Assembly (NCBI GenBank): GCA_010909165.1
Contig: VJWM01000103.1
Location: 744,001-808,000 of the forward strand
DNA: 64,000 bases
Direction of reading: 5' to 3'
Source: Anthoceros angustus
Taxonomy: Eukaryota > Plantae > Anthocerotophyta
Notes under the pieces: model-generated
Database searches by the model: none
What the model saw: the letters and a program-made list of their open reading frames with translations, nothing else
Told to the model about the DNA's origin: nothing
Made by a program: the position numbers and the translations under genes
Shown here: positions 11,120 to 24,188 of the stretch, piece after piece
Numbering within the stretch: position 1 is the stretch's first letter
How the letters are laid out: every line of letters starts with the position of its first letter

Positions 11120-14100
11120 CACATCGCTACTCTTTTAAGCCTAACATCTTGCTAAACTTAACGTGCTTCTCTAAAGTCAACCCTTTGGTCAAAACATCTG
11201 CAGCATGTCCAGGGACAATACGCTAGCTCTATCTCCTTGGATTGAACTTTCTCCGATGAAGTGATGCTTTACTTCAATGTGTTTCGTCCTCGCGTGAAAA
11301 GTAGCATTCTTTGCTAAGTAAATGCAACCTTGATTGTCGTTGAAGATGGTTGTTGCACCTTCCGCTTAAATCCCATTTCTTGAGCAATCGTCGTAGCCAT
11401 ATTGCTTCCATTGTTGCGCAGATATTGCCATGTACTCCGCTCAGAGGACAAAGCCACAGGGTCGACGCCTACTACTCCATGAAATGGCTCCCCAAATAGC
11501 ATAAATACATATCCTGTGGTAGACTTGCGGCCATCGACATCTCCATTAATCAATCACAAAATCCAACCACAGGCGTCTTCATGTCGATCCTTTTGGTATT
11601 TCAACTTCCAATGTTTTGTGCCGCAAGTATCCGAATATCCTCTTGATTGCTTGATAATCTTTGTTGTCGAGGTTGGCCAAGAATCGACTCACAACTCCCA
11701 CTGCCTCTGCAATGTCGGGCCTTGTCCCTGTTGCCAAATATGTAAGACAGCCAACGGCACGTTGATAGAGAGTCTTATCTATCTTCTCTTTCTCCTTTTC
11801 AGTTGTAGGGCTCATCTCCTGCGATAGCTTCTCATTGAAGATCATTGGCGTCTTCATGGGTTTGCAATCTTGCATGCCGAAACGCTCCAATATGGTCTCC
11901 ACATATGTTTGTTGGCTCAAAGAGATCTGTTTGTTAGCCCTATTCCTTTCCACCTTTATTCCTAGGGAATAGTGGAGCTCACCCAAATCTCTCATGTCAA
12001 AGCTTGCATTAAGGCTTTGCTTTTATCGAGTCTAAGAGTTCCATGTCATTGCTAGCAATAATCAAATCGTCCACATAGACAGCAATGATAATTATGGATT
12101 CTCCCACTCTCTTCACATAGATATTCCAATCGGCATTGGTTTTCTTGAAACCTCTAGACGGAAAAACACATCAACCTTACGATACCAAGCAAGGCATTGC
12201 TTAAGACCATACTGAGCCTTTAGCAGCCTACATACCTCTCCCTCGCGTCACGGTATTTCGTATCCCTCGGCTGGTCCATGTAGATCTCTTCATCCGGATC
12301 TCCATTCAGAACGCTCGAACATCCATATGATGTATCTCCATGTCGGCGCGATAGCTAGGAGAGCTCGGATAGATGCTATCTTAGCGATGGGGAGAAGGTA
12401 TCGATAATCCACACCGGGACTTGTGTATATCCTTTCCCCACCGCCTTGCCTTGTAGCGCTCTATGCTTCCATCACCTTGCGCTTAATCTTGAATGTCCAC
12501 TTTGATCCTATGCTCTTCCTTCCGTGAGGTAGAGGAGTGATTGCCCAAGTTTTGTTCTTGAGAAGAGAGTTATACTCACTCACCAGCTTCTTTCCACTCC
12601 TTTGCCTTTGGTCCTTCCAATGCTTCCTTAGGCTTTGTGGTTCACGGCATCCGCCAACCATGCCTCCTCATACACACATGCATTCATGGATTCCAAGATC
12701 TTCTGAAGGTTTCCATTGTCTCGTTGATCTTCTCAAGATTGGTTGTCTCTCTCGAATACTTGAGCTTCCTCTTCTTCGACAATGCTTTGATCTTCGCTTC
12801 TCCAATCGCGACATCGGAATTTCCCTTTCTCCCCTCTATGTCGCATTGTTGAGAAGGTTCGTTGGGCTCGAGCGGGTTGCTCAAGAGTGTCATCATAGTC
12901 GAATCCTCATCGTGGTCGCCAACATACGCCCGGATCCTTCATGATAACCGGGGTTGGAGCTCCCACTCCTTTGATGGGTTCCACAACCTCATTAAATACA
13001 ACGTCCTCGCTAAAATGATCTTCTTCCTTGAAAGATCATACAACCCAGCCCTTAATCTCGAGAGTATCCAAGCATAAGGCACTTCACGCCTTTTGGATCC
13101 CATTTTGTTCGGGTTTGCTTGAACGTGAGCATAAACCATCGAACCAAAGATCCTCAAATGGCTTATGTCGGGCTTGACGCTGACCACGCTTCCTCCGGTC
13201 ATTCCAACAATAGCTTTGGTTGGAACTCGATTCAAAACATAGGTTCAGAATGCCCCTCACCCCAAAACGTACTTCCAAGCCACTATGATGTAACATGCAT
13301 TTAGCTGCCTCCACGGACTCTAAGTTTGCGCTCCGCCACTCCATTTTGCTCCGGTGTGAGGGATGGTTAGTTGCCTTCCAATTCCATGCTCCTTGCAAAA
13401 GCGTTGGAAGTTAGTGGAGATGTATTCACCTCCGTTGTCACTACGCAAAGTCTTGACGTTGTCCACTTGTTCTCCACCATGGCTTTCCATTCCTTGAAGA
13501 GTGTAAATACCGGGATTTCTCCTTCATAAGATATGTCCAGTCTTCCTAGTGAAATCATCCACAAACACCGAATGTAGCGGGCTCCGCCATGAGTGGATTT
13601 TCATTGGACCACACACATCCGTGTGTACCAACTCTAGCGCCATCTTTGCTCGTGCAATCCTTGGGAACTTAGTTCGGTGTAGCTTTCCCATTATGCACCC
13701 TTGGCATAATTGCTCACCCACTTCTTTCAAATCCAAGCTCAGAACCATATGTTGGTTCTTCATCAACTGATATTGTCCACACCAATGTGCCCTAGACGTT
13801 GATGCCATAAATCAATAGATCCAATGCTATTTTGCGAATCGTCCATAAAGGTGCAAGCTTGCCTTCCACGAAGCACACAACTTGTACAAATTTCCTATTC
13901 GGACGCCTAGCAATCACTTTAGCATTCGATAACTCAGCTCGATTGGATCCAAATCCTTTGGAATTGAACACAACCTCATGACTGATCGGCAATTTTGCGT
14001 AAAGAAGATTCCTCGCAAGATGAGGCACATGATGCACGCCTTAATACACTGTGAGTCCTCCGGAAGATGGACTCGTAACACTCCTTTTCCCTTGATGTCA

Positions 14101-15047
14101 TGTGACCTATTGTCACCAAGCGCCACTGTATGCCCCTCTGGCAATACCTCGTAGCTTGGGAACCAAGGAAGGTTGTAATTGAAATGTTGGGATGCACCAG
14201 AGTCAAGGTACAAACTCTCATCCTTCTTTGATGAAGTCGCTTGATCTCTTTCGGTGAAGCACGCGAAGATGTGTTCTTGGTCCTTCTCGCCGACTTGATT
14301 AGCTTGGGATGATTTCCCCTTCTTCAAGTCTGCCAATCTTATTTTACAGTCCTTTGCGTGGTGATTGGGCTTCCTGCAGTAATAACAAAAGCCTTTCACC
14401 TTTCTCTTTGCATCGTATCCTTTGTCCCTTCTAGAGACTTGGCTTGCGTCTTCCACCGTGATGTGCCCTTCTTGGAAGAGTGCCAAGCCTTCGTTGCCTT
14501 GTGTCCGGAAAGAACCATCAAGCTCCTCTTGTAGGAGTAATCTAACCACCTCATCAAAGGTTGGTTGATTGTCACTTGACGCATCGCTACGGATGCCCTA
14601 TAAGACAATAAAATTGCCTACATGATGGTGGCAAACTACTCGAGACGTGATCACCTTACCCTCAAGGTTTGATCTCGCCTCCCTCATTTGATCAACCAAG
14701 CTTTTCAACTTGTTGACATGTTGTTGACTGTCGCCTCAACCATCTTGAAGTTGGAGAATTGACTTTCCAGACATTTCGCTCACAATGCTCTTCTTCTCGT
14801 TGTGCAAAGAATTTTCCATGCATCCTGCGAAGAGACACACTCGCTCAATTGTGAGAGAATGTCATCGACACATTCAGATAATATTAGCCAAGGCTTTCGC
14901 ATCCTTGTCTATATCCTTTTCGAGCGCCATCCGGAAGTCCATTTTCCACAAACTTCCACAATCCTCAATGAGAAGAGATTTTAGCTTCAACTTCCATAAT
15001 GTGAAGTTCACGCCATCAAACTTCTCCACTTGACGCGTAGTCTCCAT
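11120..15047 (-). pseudogene. Copia gag-pol polyprotein, copy 1 (frameshifted)
   Basis: ATG 15047 (METTRQVEKFDG...). ORF-track fragments 13914..14549, 13524..13808 and 11579..11995 carry gag/PR/INT/RT motifs. Confidence 0.9.
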
Positions 15048-15500
15048 ATGCACACCTCAAAGCTATGCAAAGACAAGACAAAAGTTCCTCGCACCAAAAC
15101 TACTACCAAGCTTCAAATTGATTTGATTGCGGGGCTACCATTTGATTCACATGTACGCAAATTGTGGAAGCCTGAAATATGCTCAGTCATGTTTGACAGA
15201 CCGGATAGAAAACTTGTCATGACGGAACCATTCTTTTAGCAGGATATTTGCAGCAGAAATCCTCTGTGTACAATGGCACCGCTGCAGCTACGATTATGAC
15301 ATTCTTGTGCATTTGAAGGAATGGTACTCCAAATGGTTAGGCCAAAGGGTCACATATTTATAAGAACGTCGTTATTAAGCATCATGCGCTTAGATCGGTA
15401 CTTAGATGGGGTGCTTAAAGGGACTCGATGCCCTTGGTGGAAGTAGCTTGGGCACACACTGGTACAAGTTGTTAAGTACCAAGTCCCATGACAAGGAAAA

Positions 15501-15694
15501 TGTTAGAAAACAGTTATTCCCAGGTTCAGTACATTAGAAATGGTGTGCTATGCATACATATATAGCCTTTGGCCTTGTCATACTCTCGATAGTATGAAAC
15601 CCTATCTCGCCCCGGATAATCCTATATACTTCTAGGACTTATACTCATAACTCTAATATGTGATGTGTTGCACCAATCCTATAGATTTCTAACA
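15501..15694 (-). repeat. Middle (duplicated) 3' LTR
   Basis: Same sequence as the 10917 LTR, preceded by the same host flank ending GGAAAA and followed by the PPT. Confidence 0.95.
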
Positions 15695-15709
15695 CTCCCA
15701 CTCAACACA

Positions 15710-18700
15710 TCTGCTACTCTTTTAAGCCTAACATCTTGCTAAACTTAACGTGCTTCTCTAAAGTCAACCCTTTGGTCAAAACATCTGCAGCATGTCCAGT
15801 GGGACAATACGCTAGCTCTATCTCCTTGGATTGAACTTTCTCTCGATGAAGTGATGCTTTACTTCAATGTGTTTCGTCCTCGTGAAAAGTAGCATTCTTT
15901 GCTAAGTAAATGCAACCTTGATTGTCGTTGAAGATGGTTGTTGCACCCTTTCGCTTAAATCCCATTTCTTGAGCAATCGTCGTAGCCATATTGCTTCCAT
16001 TGTTGCGAGATATTGCCATGTACTCCGCTCAGAGAGGACAGACAAGAGGGTCGACGCCTACTACTCCATGAAATGGCTCCCCAAATAGCATAAATACATA
16101 TCCTGGTAGACTTGCGCCATCGACATCTCCATTAATCAATCACAAAATCCAACCACAGGCGTCTTCATGTCGATCCTTTTGGTATTCAACTTCCAATGTT
16201 TTGTGCCGCAAGTATCCGAATATCCTCTTGATCGCTTGATAATGTTGTCGGTTGGCCAAGAATCGACTCACAACTCCCACGCCTCTGCAATGTCGGGCCT
16301 TGTCCTGTTGCCAAATATGTAAGACAGCCAACGCACGTTGATAGAGAGTCTTATCTATCTTCTCTTTCTCCTTTTCGGTTGTAGGGCTCATCTCCTGCGA
16401 TAGCTTCTCATTGAAGATCATTGGCGTCTTCATGGGTTTGCAATCTTGCATCGAAACGCTCCAATATGGTCTCCACATATGTTTGTTGGCTCAAAGAGAT
16501 GCTTTGTTAGCCCTATTCCTTTTCCACCTTTATTCCTAGGGAATAGTGGAGCTCACCCAAATCTCTCATGTCAAGCTTGCATTAAGGCTTTGCTTTCGAG
16601 TCTAAGAGTTCCATGTCATTGCTAGCAATAATCAAATCGTCCACATAGACAGCAATGATAATTATGGATTCTCCCACTCTCTTCACATAGATATTCCAAT
16701 CGATTGGTTTTTCTTGAAACCTCTAGACGGAAAAACACATCAACCTTACGATACCAAGCAAGGCATTGCTTAAGACCATACTGAGCCTTTAGCAGCCTAC
16801 ATACCTCTCCCTCGCCTGGTATTTCGTATCCTCTGGTCCATGTAGATCTCTTCATCCGGATCTCCATTCAGAACGCAGTCGAACATCCATATGATGTATC
16901 TCCATGTCGGCGGCTGCGATAGCTAGGAGAGCTCGGATAGATGCTATCTTAGCGGGGAGAAGGTATCGATAATCCACACACAGGACTTGTGTATATCCTT
17001 TCCCACCAGCCTTGCCTTGTAGCTCTATGCTTCCATCGCCCTTGCTTAATCTTGAATGTCCACTTTGATCCTATGCTCTTCCTTCCGTGAGGTAGAGGAG
17101 TGATTGCCCAAGTTTTGTTCTTGAGAAGAGTTATACTCACCGCCCACGGCTTCTTTCCACCTTTTTGCCTTTGGTCCTTCCAATGCTTCCCTTAGGCTTT
17201 GTGGTTCGGCATCGCCAACCATGCCTCCTCATACACACATGCATTCATGGATTCCAAGATCTTGAAGGTTTCCATTGTCTCGTTGATCTTCTCAAGATTG
17301 GTTGTCTCTCTCGAATACTTGAGCTTCCTCTTCTTCGACAATGCTTTGATCTTCATCTACTTCTCCAATCGCGACATCGGGAATTTCCCTTTCTCCCCTC
17401 TATGTCGCATTGTTGAGAAGGTTCGTTGGGCTCGAGCGGGTTGCTCAAGAGTGTCATCATAGTCGAATCCTCATCGGGGTCAACATACGCCGTCGGATCC
17501 TTCATGATAACACGGGTTGGAGCTCCCACTCCTTTGATGGGTTCCACAACCTCATTAAATACAACGTCCCTGCTAAAAATGATCTTCTTCCTTGAAAGAT
17601 CATACAACCGGTAGCCCTTAATCTCAGGAGAGTATCCAAGCATAAGGCACTTCACGCCTTTTGGATCCCATTTTGTTCGGGTTTGCTTCGGAACGTGAGC
17701 ATAAACCACTGAACCAAAGATCCTCAAATGGCTTATGTCGGGCTTGACGCCTGACCACGCTTCCTCGGGTCATTCCAACAATAGCTTTGGTTGGAACTCG
17801 ATTCAAAACATAGGTTCTTTGTAATGCCCCTCACCCCAAAACGTACTTCCAAGCCACTATGATGTAACATGCATTTAGCTGCCTCCACGGACTCCTAAGT
17901 TTGCGCTCCGCCACTCCATTTTGCTCCGGTGTGTGAGGGATGGTTAGTTGCCTTCCAATTCCATGCTCCTTGCAAAAGCGTTAGTGGAGATGTATTCACC
18001 TCCGTTGTCACCACGCAAAGTCTTGACGTTGTCCACTTGCGTTCCACCATGGCTTTCCATTCCTTGAAGAGTGTAAATACCGGGATTTCTCCTTCATAAG
18101 ATATGTCCAGTCTTCCTAGTGAAATCATCCACAAACACCGAATGTAGCGGGCTCCGCCATGAGTGGGATTTTCATTGGACCACACATCCGTGTGTACCAA
18201 CTCTAGCGCCATCTTTGCTCGTGTGCAATCTTTGGGAACTTAGTTCGTAGCTTTCCCATTATGCACCCTTGGCATAATTGCTCACCCACTTCTTTCAAAT
18301 CCAAGCTCAGAACCATATGTTGGTTCTTCATCAACTGATATTGTCCACACCAATGTGCCCTAGACGTTGATGCCATAAATCAATAGATCCAATGCTATTT
18401 TGCGAATCGTCCATAAAGGTGCAAGCTTGCCTTCCACGAAGCACACAACTTGTACAAATTTCCTACTGACTAGCAATCACTTTAGCATTCGATAACTCAG
18501 CTCGATTGGATCCGAAATCCTTTGGAATTGAACACAACCTCATGACTGTGATCGGCAATTTTGCGAAAGAAGATTCCTCGCAAGATGAGGCACATGATGC
18601 ACGCCTTAATACAGATGTCCTCCGGAAGATGGACTCGTAACACTCCTCTTCCTTGATGTCATGTGACCTATTGTCACCAAGCGCCACCGTATGCCCCTCC

Positions 18701-19597
18701 GCAATACCTCGTAGCTTGAGAACCAAGGAAGGTTATAAAGTCTTTGGGATGCACCGAGTCAAGGTACAAACTCTCATCCTTCTTTGATGAAGTCGCTTGA
18801 TCTCTTTCGGTGAAGCACGCCAAGATGTGTTCTTGGTCCTTCTCGACTTGATTAGCTTGGGATGATTTCCCTTCTTCAAGTCTCGCCAATCTTATTTCCC
18901 TTTGCGTGGTGATTGGGCTTCGCAATAATAACAAAAGCCTTTCACCTTTCTCTTTGCATCTGTATCCTTTGTCCCTTCTAGAGACTTGGCTTGCGAGGTC
19001 TTCCACCGTGATGTGCCCTTCTTGGAGAAGAGTGCCAAGCCTTCGCCTTGTGTCCGGAAAGAACCATCAAGCTCCTCTTGTAGGAGTAATCTAACCACCT
19101 CATCAAAGGTTGGTTGATTGTCACTTGACGCCGCTACGGATGCCCTATAAGACAATAAAAATTGCCTACATGATGGTGGCAAACTACTCGACTGATCACC
19201 TTACCCTCGAAGGTTTGATCTCGCCTCCCTCATTTGATCAACCAAGCTTTTCAACTTGTTGACATGTTGTTGAACTGTCGCCTCAACCATCTTGAAGTTG
19301 GAGAATTGACTTTCCAAGCATTTCGCTCACAATGCTCTTCTTCTACGCCAGTTGTAAAGAATTTTCCATGCATCCTGAAGAGACACACTCGCTCAATTGT
19401 GAGAGAATGTCATCGACACATTCAGATAATATTAGCCAAGGCTTTCGCATCCTTGTCTATATCCTTTTGAGCGCCATCCGGAAGTCCATTTTCCACAAAC
19501 TTCCACAATCCTCATCAATGAGAAGAGATTTTAGCTTCAACTTCCATAATGTGAAGTTCACGCCATCAAACTTCTCCACTTGACGCGTAGTCTCCAT
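15710..19597 (-). pseudogene. Copia gag-pol polyprotein, copy 2 (frameshifted)
   Basis: ATG 19597; same domains as copy 1, with frameshifts at largely different positions. Confidence 0.9.
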
Positions 19598-19777
19598 ATG
19601 CACACCTCGAAAGCTATGCAAAGACAAGACAAAAGTTCCTCGCACCAAAACTACTACCAAGCTTCACAAAATTGCAAGCGAGCTTTTCACGGACACTTAG
19701 TGCATAACTACAAACAATGCAATAGAAGACAAGTGGCAAGAGTCCCACAGGTGGTGTAGTACTGATCTCCGAACCAT

Positions 19778-19788
19778 GCTCGATACCA
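19778..19788 (-). promoter_or_regulatory. Primer-binding site (tRNA-iMet type)
   Basis: TGGTATCGAGC immediately inside the 5' LTR, close to the canonical TGGTATCAGAGC. Confidence 0.85.
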
Positions 19789-19984
19789 TGTTAGAAAGCA
19801 GTAATTCCTGTGTTCAAGACATTAGAAATGGTGTGCTATGCATACATATATAGCCTTTGGCCTTGTCATACTCTCGATAGTATGAAACCCTATCTCGCTC
19901 CTGGGATAATCCTATATACTTCTAGGACTTATACTCATAACTCTAATATGTGATGTGTTGCACCAATCCTATAGATTTCTAACA
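19789..19984 (-). repeat. 5' LTR
   Basis: TGTTAGAAA...TTTCTAACA followed by TSD GAAAA. Its last ~155 nt differ from the 10917 LTR only by two small indels. Confidence 0.95.
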
Positions 19985-21505
19985 GAAAATTCCGTCCAAG
20001 TGGACTATAATATATTCTTCTTCTTCTTCTACTCTCTTTCTTAAGATTCTTAAGAGGAAACAAGGGACCAGCAGGCACTGAGGAGATCGCCACGGCATGC
20101 CGACAAGCGTCGACGACAGGAAGAATGAGTCGTAACATGGAACTCTAAGAATGGTCTGTTTCCCACCATCCTAGGCGGTTCAGGGTTGATCATATAGGCA
20201 GGAGACGGTACGATTATTTGGTGACACCATGAACTTTGTAATACATGTTTGGTCGATTGCAGACCGCCAGTGGCGCATTGTCGCCTGACTGCTGTCAATC
20301 ACTGCCATCTCGAGTGTGATCAGTGTGATCTTCATTCTTGAGGGAATCCAAATGAGGACATCGAACAAATTCTATGTCAAGCTTCGAGACACAAGACAAA
20401 CCTAACTCAGCAAGTGTGAGGAACAACAGTCCTCCCTAAGCAAAGGAAGGGCCCCCCGAATGAACACATGACAACATTCCTTAAGGAATGTCCGAGGAGT
20501 GTTCCTTGAGGAATCTTGCTCTCTCCTCCCATACCCAACATCTATCTTCCATGTTGGGAGCCGTTAAGTTTGCTTAGGTGACATGGGACTGGAGTGGTGT
20601 TGCGGTTAGAAGATCTTAAGGCAAAACAGCAATGGTAGTGCCCACCTGAAGAGGCAAGGTTTGGCACGTGCGACAGGACAAGGTTTTTTTCTTGCGACAA
20701 ACAGGATAAGGTTTATATTAAGCAGTCTACTTGAGAAGTCTGGATGCAATAAATATTACTCCCGTCCACAGGATGTCCCTACAGGAAATTTAACTGGTGT
20801 GTCTGCAACATTCTGACATTGCAGGTGTGGGTTCCCGCACAATGAGATGTACTCGCTAGTGCTAGAAGCACAGCGCTCATGTTCAACAACCAGATGGGAA
20901 AGATATATCTAAAATGGCCTATTTCTCAAGGCAATGCAAGGCAAGGCAGCGCTCCTGTTAGTAGCAGGAGCTCTTGGGATGAGTCCTTTTCCTATTTGCA
21001 GCCTTGGACGTAGTCTACCCGACATGTAGACACACAAGAGAAGTCATGTCATGCTTGCTTGCACGAACCGAGACAAAACACGGCTGAGCCGTGGAGGCCA
21101 AGGACCCAAAAACTCCGAAGCCTTCATGCTGCATTCATTATCCGTCAGTCCCTGTGGCATCTCTTGAAGAACCCAAGGTTCCCTTGGAAGTTCATTTGCA
21201 GGCTGTGAATGCCATTGTAAATTCCCCCGCTGTAACGCCTGGGGGCTCGTGGAGAGAGAGCCCAGCCTGCAAGGAAAGCCAATCCACCAATTTGTACAGG
21301 CCTAGGAAAAGCTTGAGCACTCGGATATCTCTCTCCGTGGCTGAACGGAATCGGGCAGGGCAAGGGCAAGCCACGTCCCGTTACCGTATCAAGATCTTGT
21401 CAGATTCCTCAGCGACTGCATTATTGCGGCATGCTCTTAAAAGGCCCCCAGCGGAGCGGAGGATTCAGCAGTTGGCAGTTTGGCATTCCAGCTTTGCAAG
21501 CAGCC

Positions 21506-22165
21506 ATGGCGAGGAGGCTGGCATTGGTGGCCCTGGCGCTGGCGGCAGCGGTGGCGATGGCTCCGGCTTGGGCCGCGGACGAGGACCCACTTCAGGATTT
21601 CTGCGTCGCCTCCAATCCTCTGGCCGGGAGCAACCTGAACGGCTTCTCGTGCAAGCCGGTGGCGGACGTGAAATCGTCCGACTTCAAGTACTCGGCGTTC
21701 GTGAACGGGCTGGACCCGACCAACGCGCCCTTCGGGGTGGCGGTGATGCCGGGCTCGGTGCAGTTCTGGCCCGGGATCAACACGCTGGGCGTGGCCGCCG
21801 CGCGGGTGGACATCGCCGTGGGCGGCTTCAACCCGCCGCACATCCACCCCCGGGCCACCGAGGTGTTCTACGTGGTGGACGGCAGCATCGAGGTGGCCTT
21901 CGTCGCCAACGGCTACACCCTGTACAAGGAGGTGCTGAACAAAGGCGAGGTTTTCGTGTTCCCCAGAGGCCTGGTGCACTACCAGCGCAACGCGGGCGCC
22001 ATCAAGGCCACCGCCATCGCCGTCATGAACAGCCAGAACTCCGGCGTCTTCAACCTCCCCACGGTCCTCGCCGCGCTCCCGGCCGACCTCGTGGCCGCCG
22101 CCTTCGGCAACATCCTCCCCCACGCCAACACCAGCCCCCGCTTCGGGCTCGGCGAGATGGCCTAG
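21506..22165 (+). CDS. Germin-like protein (cupin), secreted, intronless, 219 aa
   Basis: Signal peptide MARRLALVALALAAAVAMAPAWA, box A DEDPLQDFCVA, box B GGFNPPHIHPRATE, box C FPRGLVHYQRN. Confidence 0.97.
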   Translation: MARRLALVALALAAAVAMAPAWAADEDPLQDFCVASNPLAGSNLNGFSCKPVADVKSSDFKYSAFVNGLDPTNAPFGVAVMPGSVQFWPGINTLGVAAARVDIAVGGFNPPHIHPRATEVFYVVDGSIEVAFVANGYTLYKEVLNKGEVFVFPRGLVHYQRNAGAIKATAIAVMNSQNSGVFNLPTVLAALPADLVAAAFGNILPHANTSPRFGLGEMA

Positions 22166-23568
22166 CTGCGCGAACCTTCATCCTTGTAGTTCAGATAAAT
22201 CCCTTTCCGACACAATGTGGAAGCCCCATATTATCCGCTTGGCCTGTCGCTCCTTTTGAGTAGAGACGCTGCAACTTGTTATCACCCGCGTGTCGCTTGT
22301 CGGGAACAAGCTCGTCTTTGCAATCGTGACGCTAGCATGCGGAGCGTTCGTATCAAAACATTTGTCGTTCCTTCTTTGTTTACAAACACACCACCGCATC
22401 TTTGTCTATCCTATCCGCTATCCAGAACTTGTAGCCCCAGCTGCACGCAATCACGACCCGAGTAGGTAGTCGATGGATATGATTCTCAAGCAAATCTCGA
22501 AGCTTCTTGCGAAATGTAGCATCGCGTCATGTGATGAAGTGATTGTTCCGAGACCCAACGTAGCATTTACCTCTGCTACGGGTTTTGGTCTAAAGGGCTT
22601 CAGCTCTAGAGCCTTCGGACATTGGACTCGGCTGGATTTGGGACCATAGTTGCCACTCGTGGTTCCAGGGTCGGACAAGGCATGGTCCATCGGACTCCAT
22701 CCCCATGGCCACGCAACGCGGGTACCACAGTTGGCCGTACGGAATGCGCACCACTGTCGACACATAGTCGGTGGCTACCGCACCATCAGGCGTCCAGTGT
22801 CAGATTAGGAGTCGGACCCACCCGGTCGTCATCGTGTCATCTGTGCAACAAGGCGGCACTGCGGGAATAAACTACAGTATATGTGGATAACTGCGTTGCT
22901 GCTTTTTGGGAGAGGCTCTCACCTTCACACGCCTCTTGGCACGCCAGTCTGAGCAGGTACATGCGTCATCGGTTACTCATGTCATTCATAAAAAATGCTG
23001 CTGCAGCGAATTGCAATCTTGTGTACTAGCACAGAGATGGAGGAGACGCAAGTAGACTATTTTATGACGGATTCGCAGCTGCTTCGGGGCTAGGGAGGTG
23101 CTTCTGTTGACGAATCAAGATGCTGCTGGCAGGAAAATATACCAAGTCATTTGCCCTGCAATTTGCAACAACGTCAATCAATGTGGAGCTGCATTGCGTG
23201 TTAGACGCACATTGGCACAGGAACGAGTTCCTGTTGGCGAGCTGGGGAAGGGACCAAGGATCGTCTTCGGGAGGTGCATATTGGTCTAGAACGTACGACG
23301 CGAGTCAGCATCCGGGCGAGCAGCCCGCCCATGAGACTCAAGGTGCATTATGAAGAGAGAACCGTGGTAGAACGAGGAGAAAGATACGCAGATCGGCGGG
23401 GGCGTGAACCGGGAAGGGTAATCCTGAGCCTCGTTGAATTATTGAGAAGACTATATATCAGAAGAGCTTCAATCCACACTCCAGAGTGCTCCAGCGTGGT
23501 GGGTGAGGATTTGGAACCGCCTCTCTACCGCCCAGTCTCATCAGCTGCCAAGGTTGCACATCTCCGCA

Positions 23569-24188
23569 ATGGCTGCCCTCTTCACCTTCAAGGCGTTCGC
23601 TCACCTGCGAGTCGGGCCGGCCGACGGGACCGAGGTTGTGGTGGGCGGCATCAACGGCGACTGCAGCAAATACGGGTACGGCTCGGTGCTGGTGTTCGAC
23701 GACCCGCTCACCGCCTCCGAGGACAGCAGCTCGGAGCTGGTGGGAAGGGCCAAGGGCTTCGGAGCCTCAACCGATCACGCCACCGGCTACAACAACACCT
23801 CGCTCTACGTCACCTTCTGCTTCAGCGTCGGGGGCGTCTGCAAGGGCAACCTCGTGGTGGTTGGCACCACCGACAAGGCGGACGCGGAGAGGTGCGATGC
23901 TTCTTCTTCCACTTTGCCTGCATTACCAAATTCGATTCCACCCTTGTCATCAACCATGCATATGGCTTGTGACGCTTGTGCAGGGAGCTTGCGATTGTGG
24001 GCGGCACCGGAGCCTTCAGGTTCGCCAGGGGAGTGGCGACGCAGCGCACCATCCGCTCCTCCGTTGATAGCACCGGCGCCACCGTGAGCACCAACGTCTG
24101 GACCTTCACGCTGTTTACCGACACGGTTGCCCCGTCCAACGACGACCTCAGCTCCAAGCTCTCTTCACTAGCTGCTTCCAGCGCATGA
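23569..24188 (+). CDS. Dirigent-like protein, 2 exons, no signal peptide
   Basis: Exon 1 23569-23891, GT-AG intron 23892-23983, exon 2 23984-24188. Motifs YGSVLVFDDPLT, SELVGRAKG, RELAIVGGTGAFRFARG. TATATA at ~23452. Confidence 0.92.

Larger units (their letters stand above)
10523..19666. repeat. Direct tandem duplication, unit 4,584 bp (10523-15106 / 15107-19666)
   Basis: At 15107 the sequence jumps from the element 5' leader back to host sequence at 10523 through the shared 9-mer CAAGCTTCA (10523, 15107, 19658). The copies differ mostly by 1-3 nt indels. Confidence 0.95.
10917..19984 (-). mobile_element. Ty1/Copia LTR retrotransposon (unit ~4.5 kb), internally duplicated so that it has three LTRs
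   Basis: TG...CA LTRs of ~192-196 bp; 5-bp TSD GAAAA at 10912-10916 and 19985-19989; PBS and PPT present. Domain order gag (FDGVNFTLWKLKL; CYYCRKPNHHAKDC) - PR (LYLDSGASQH) - INT (LELVHTDVCGP) - RT (YVDDL) - RNaseH is diagnostic of Copia. Confidence 0.97.

Noticed and set aside
15108-15113. HindIII site at the Copia duplication junction as a Hi-C ligation scar
   Set aside because: A filled-in HindIII Hi-C junction would read AAGCTAGCTT. The homology extends to 9 bp, and the other junctions lack restriction sites.
21091-22263. 390-aa ORF and antisense ORFs over germin-1 (likewise 25549..26082 and 25895..26599 over germin-2)
   Set aside because: Shadow ORFs caused by very high GC3 in the germin CDS; low-complexity Arg/Gly/Pro products with no motifs.
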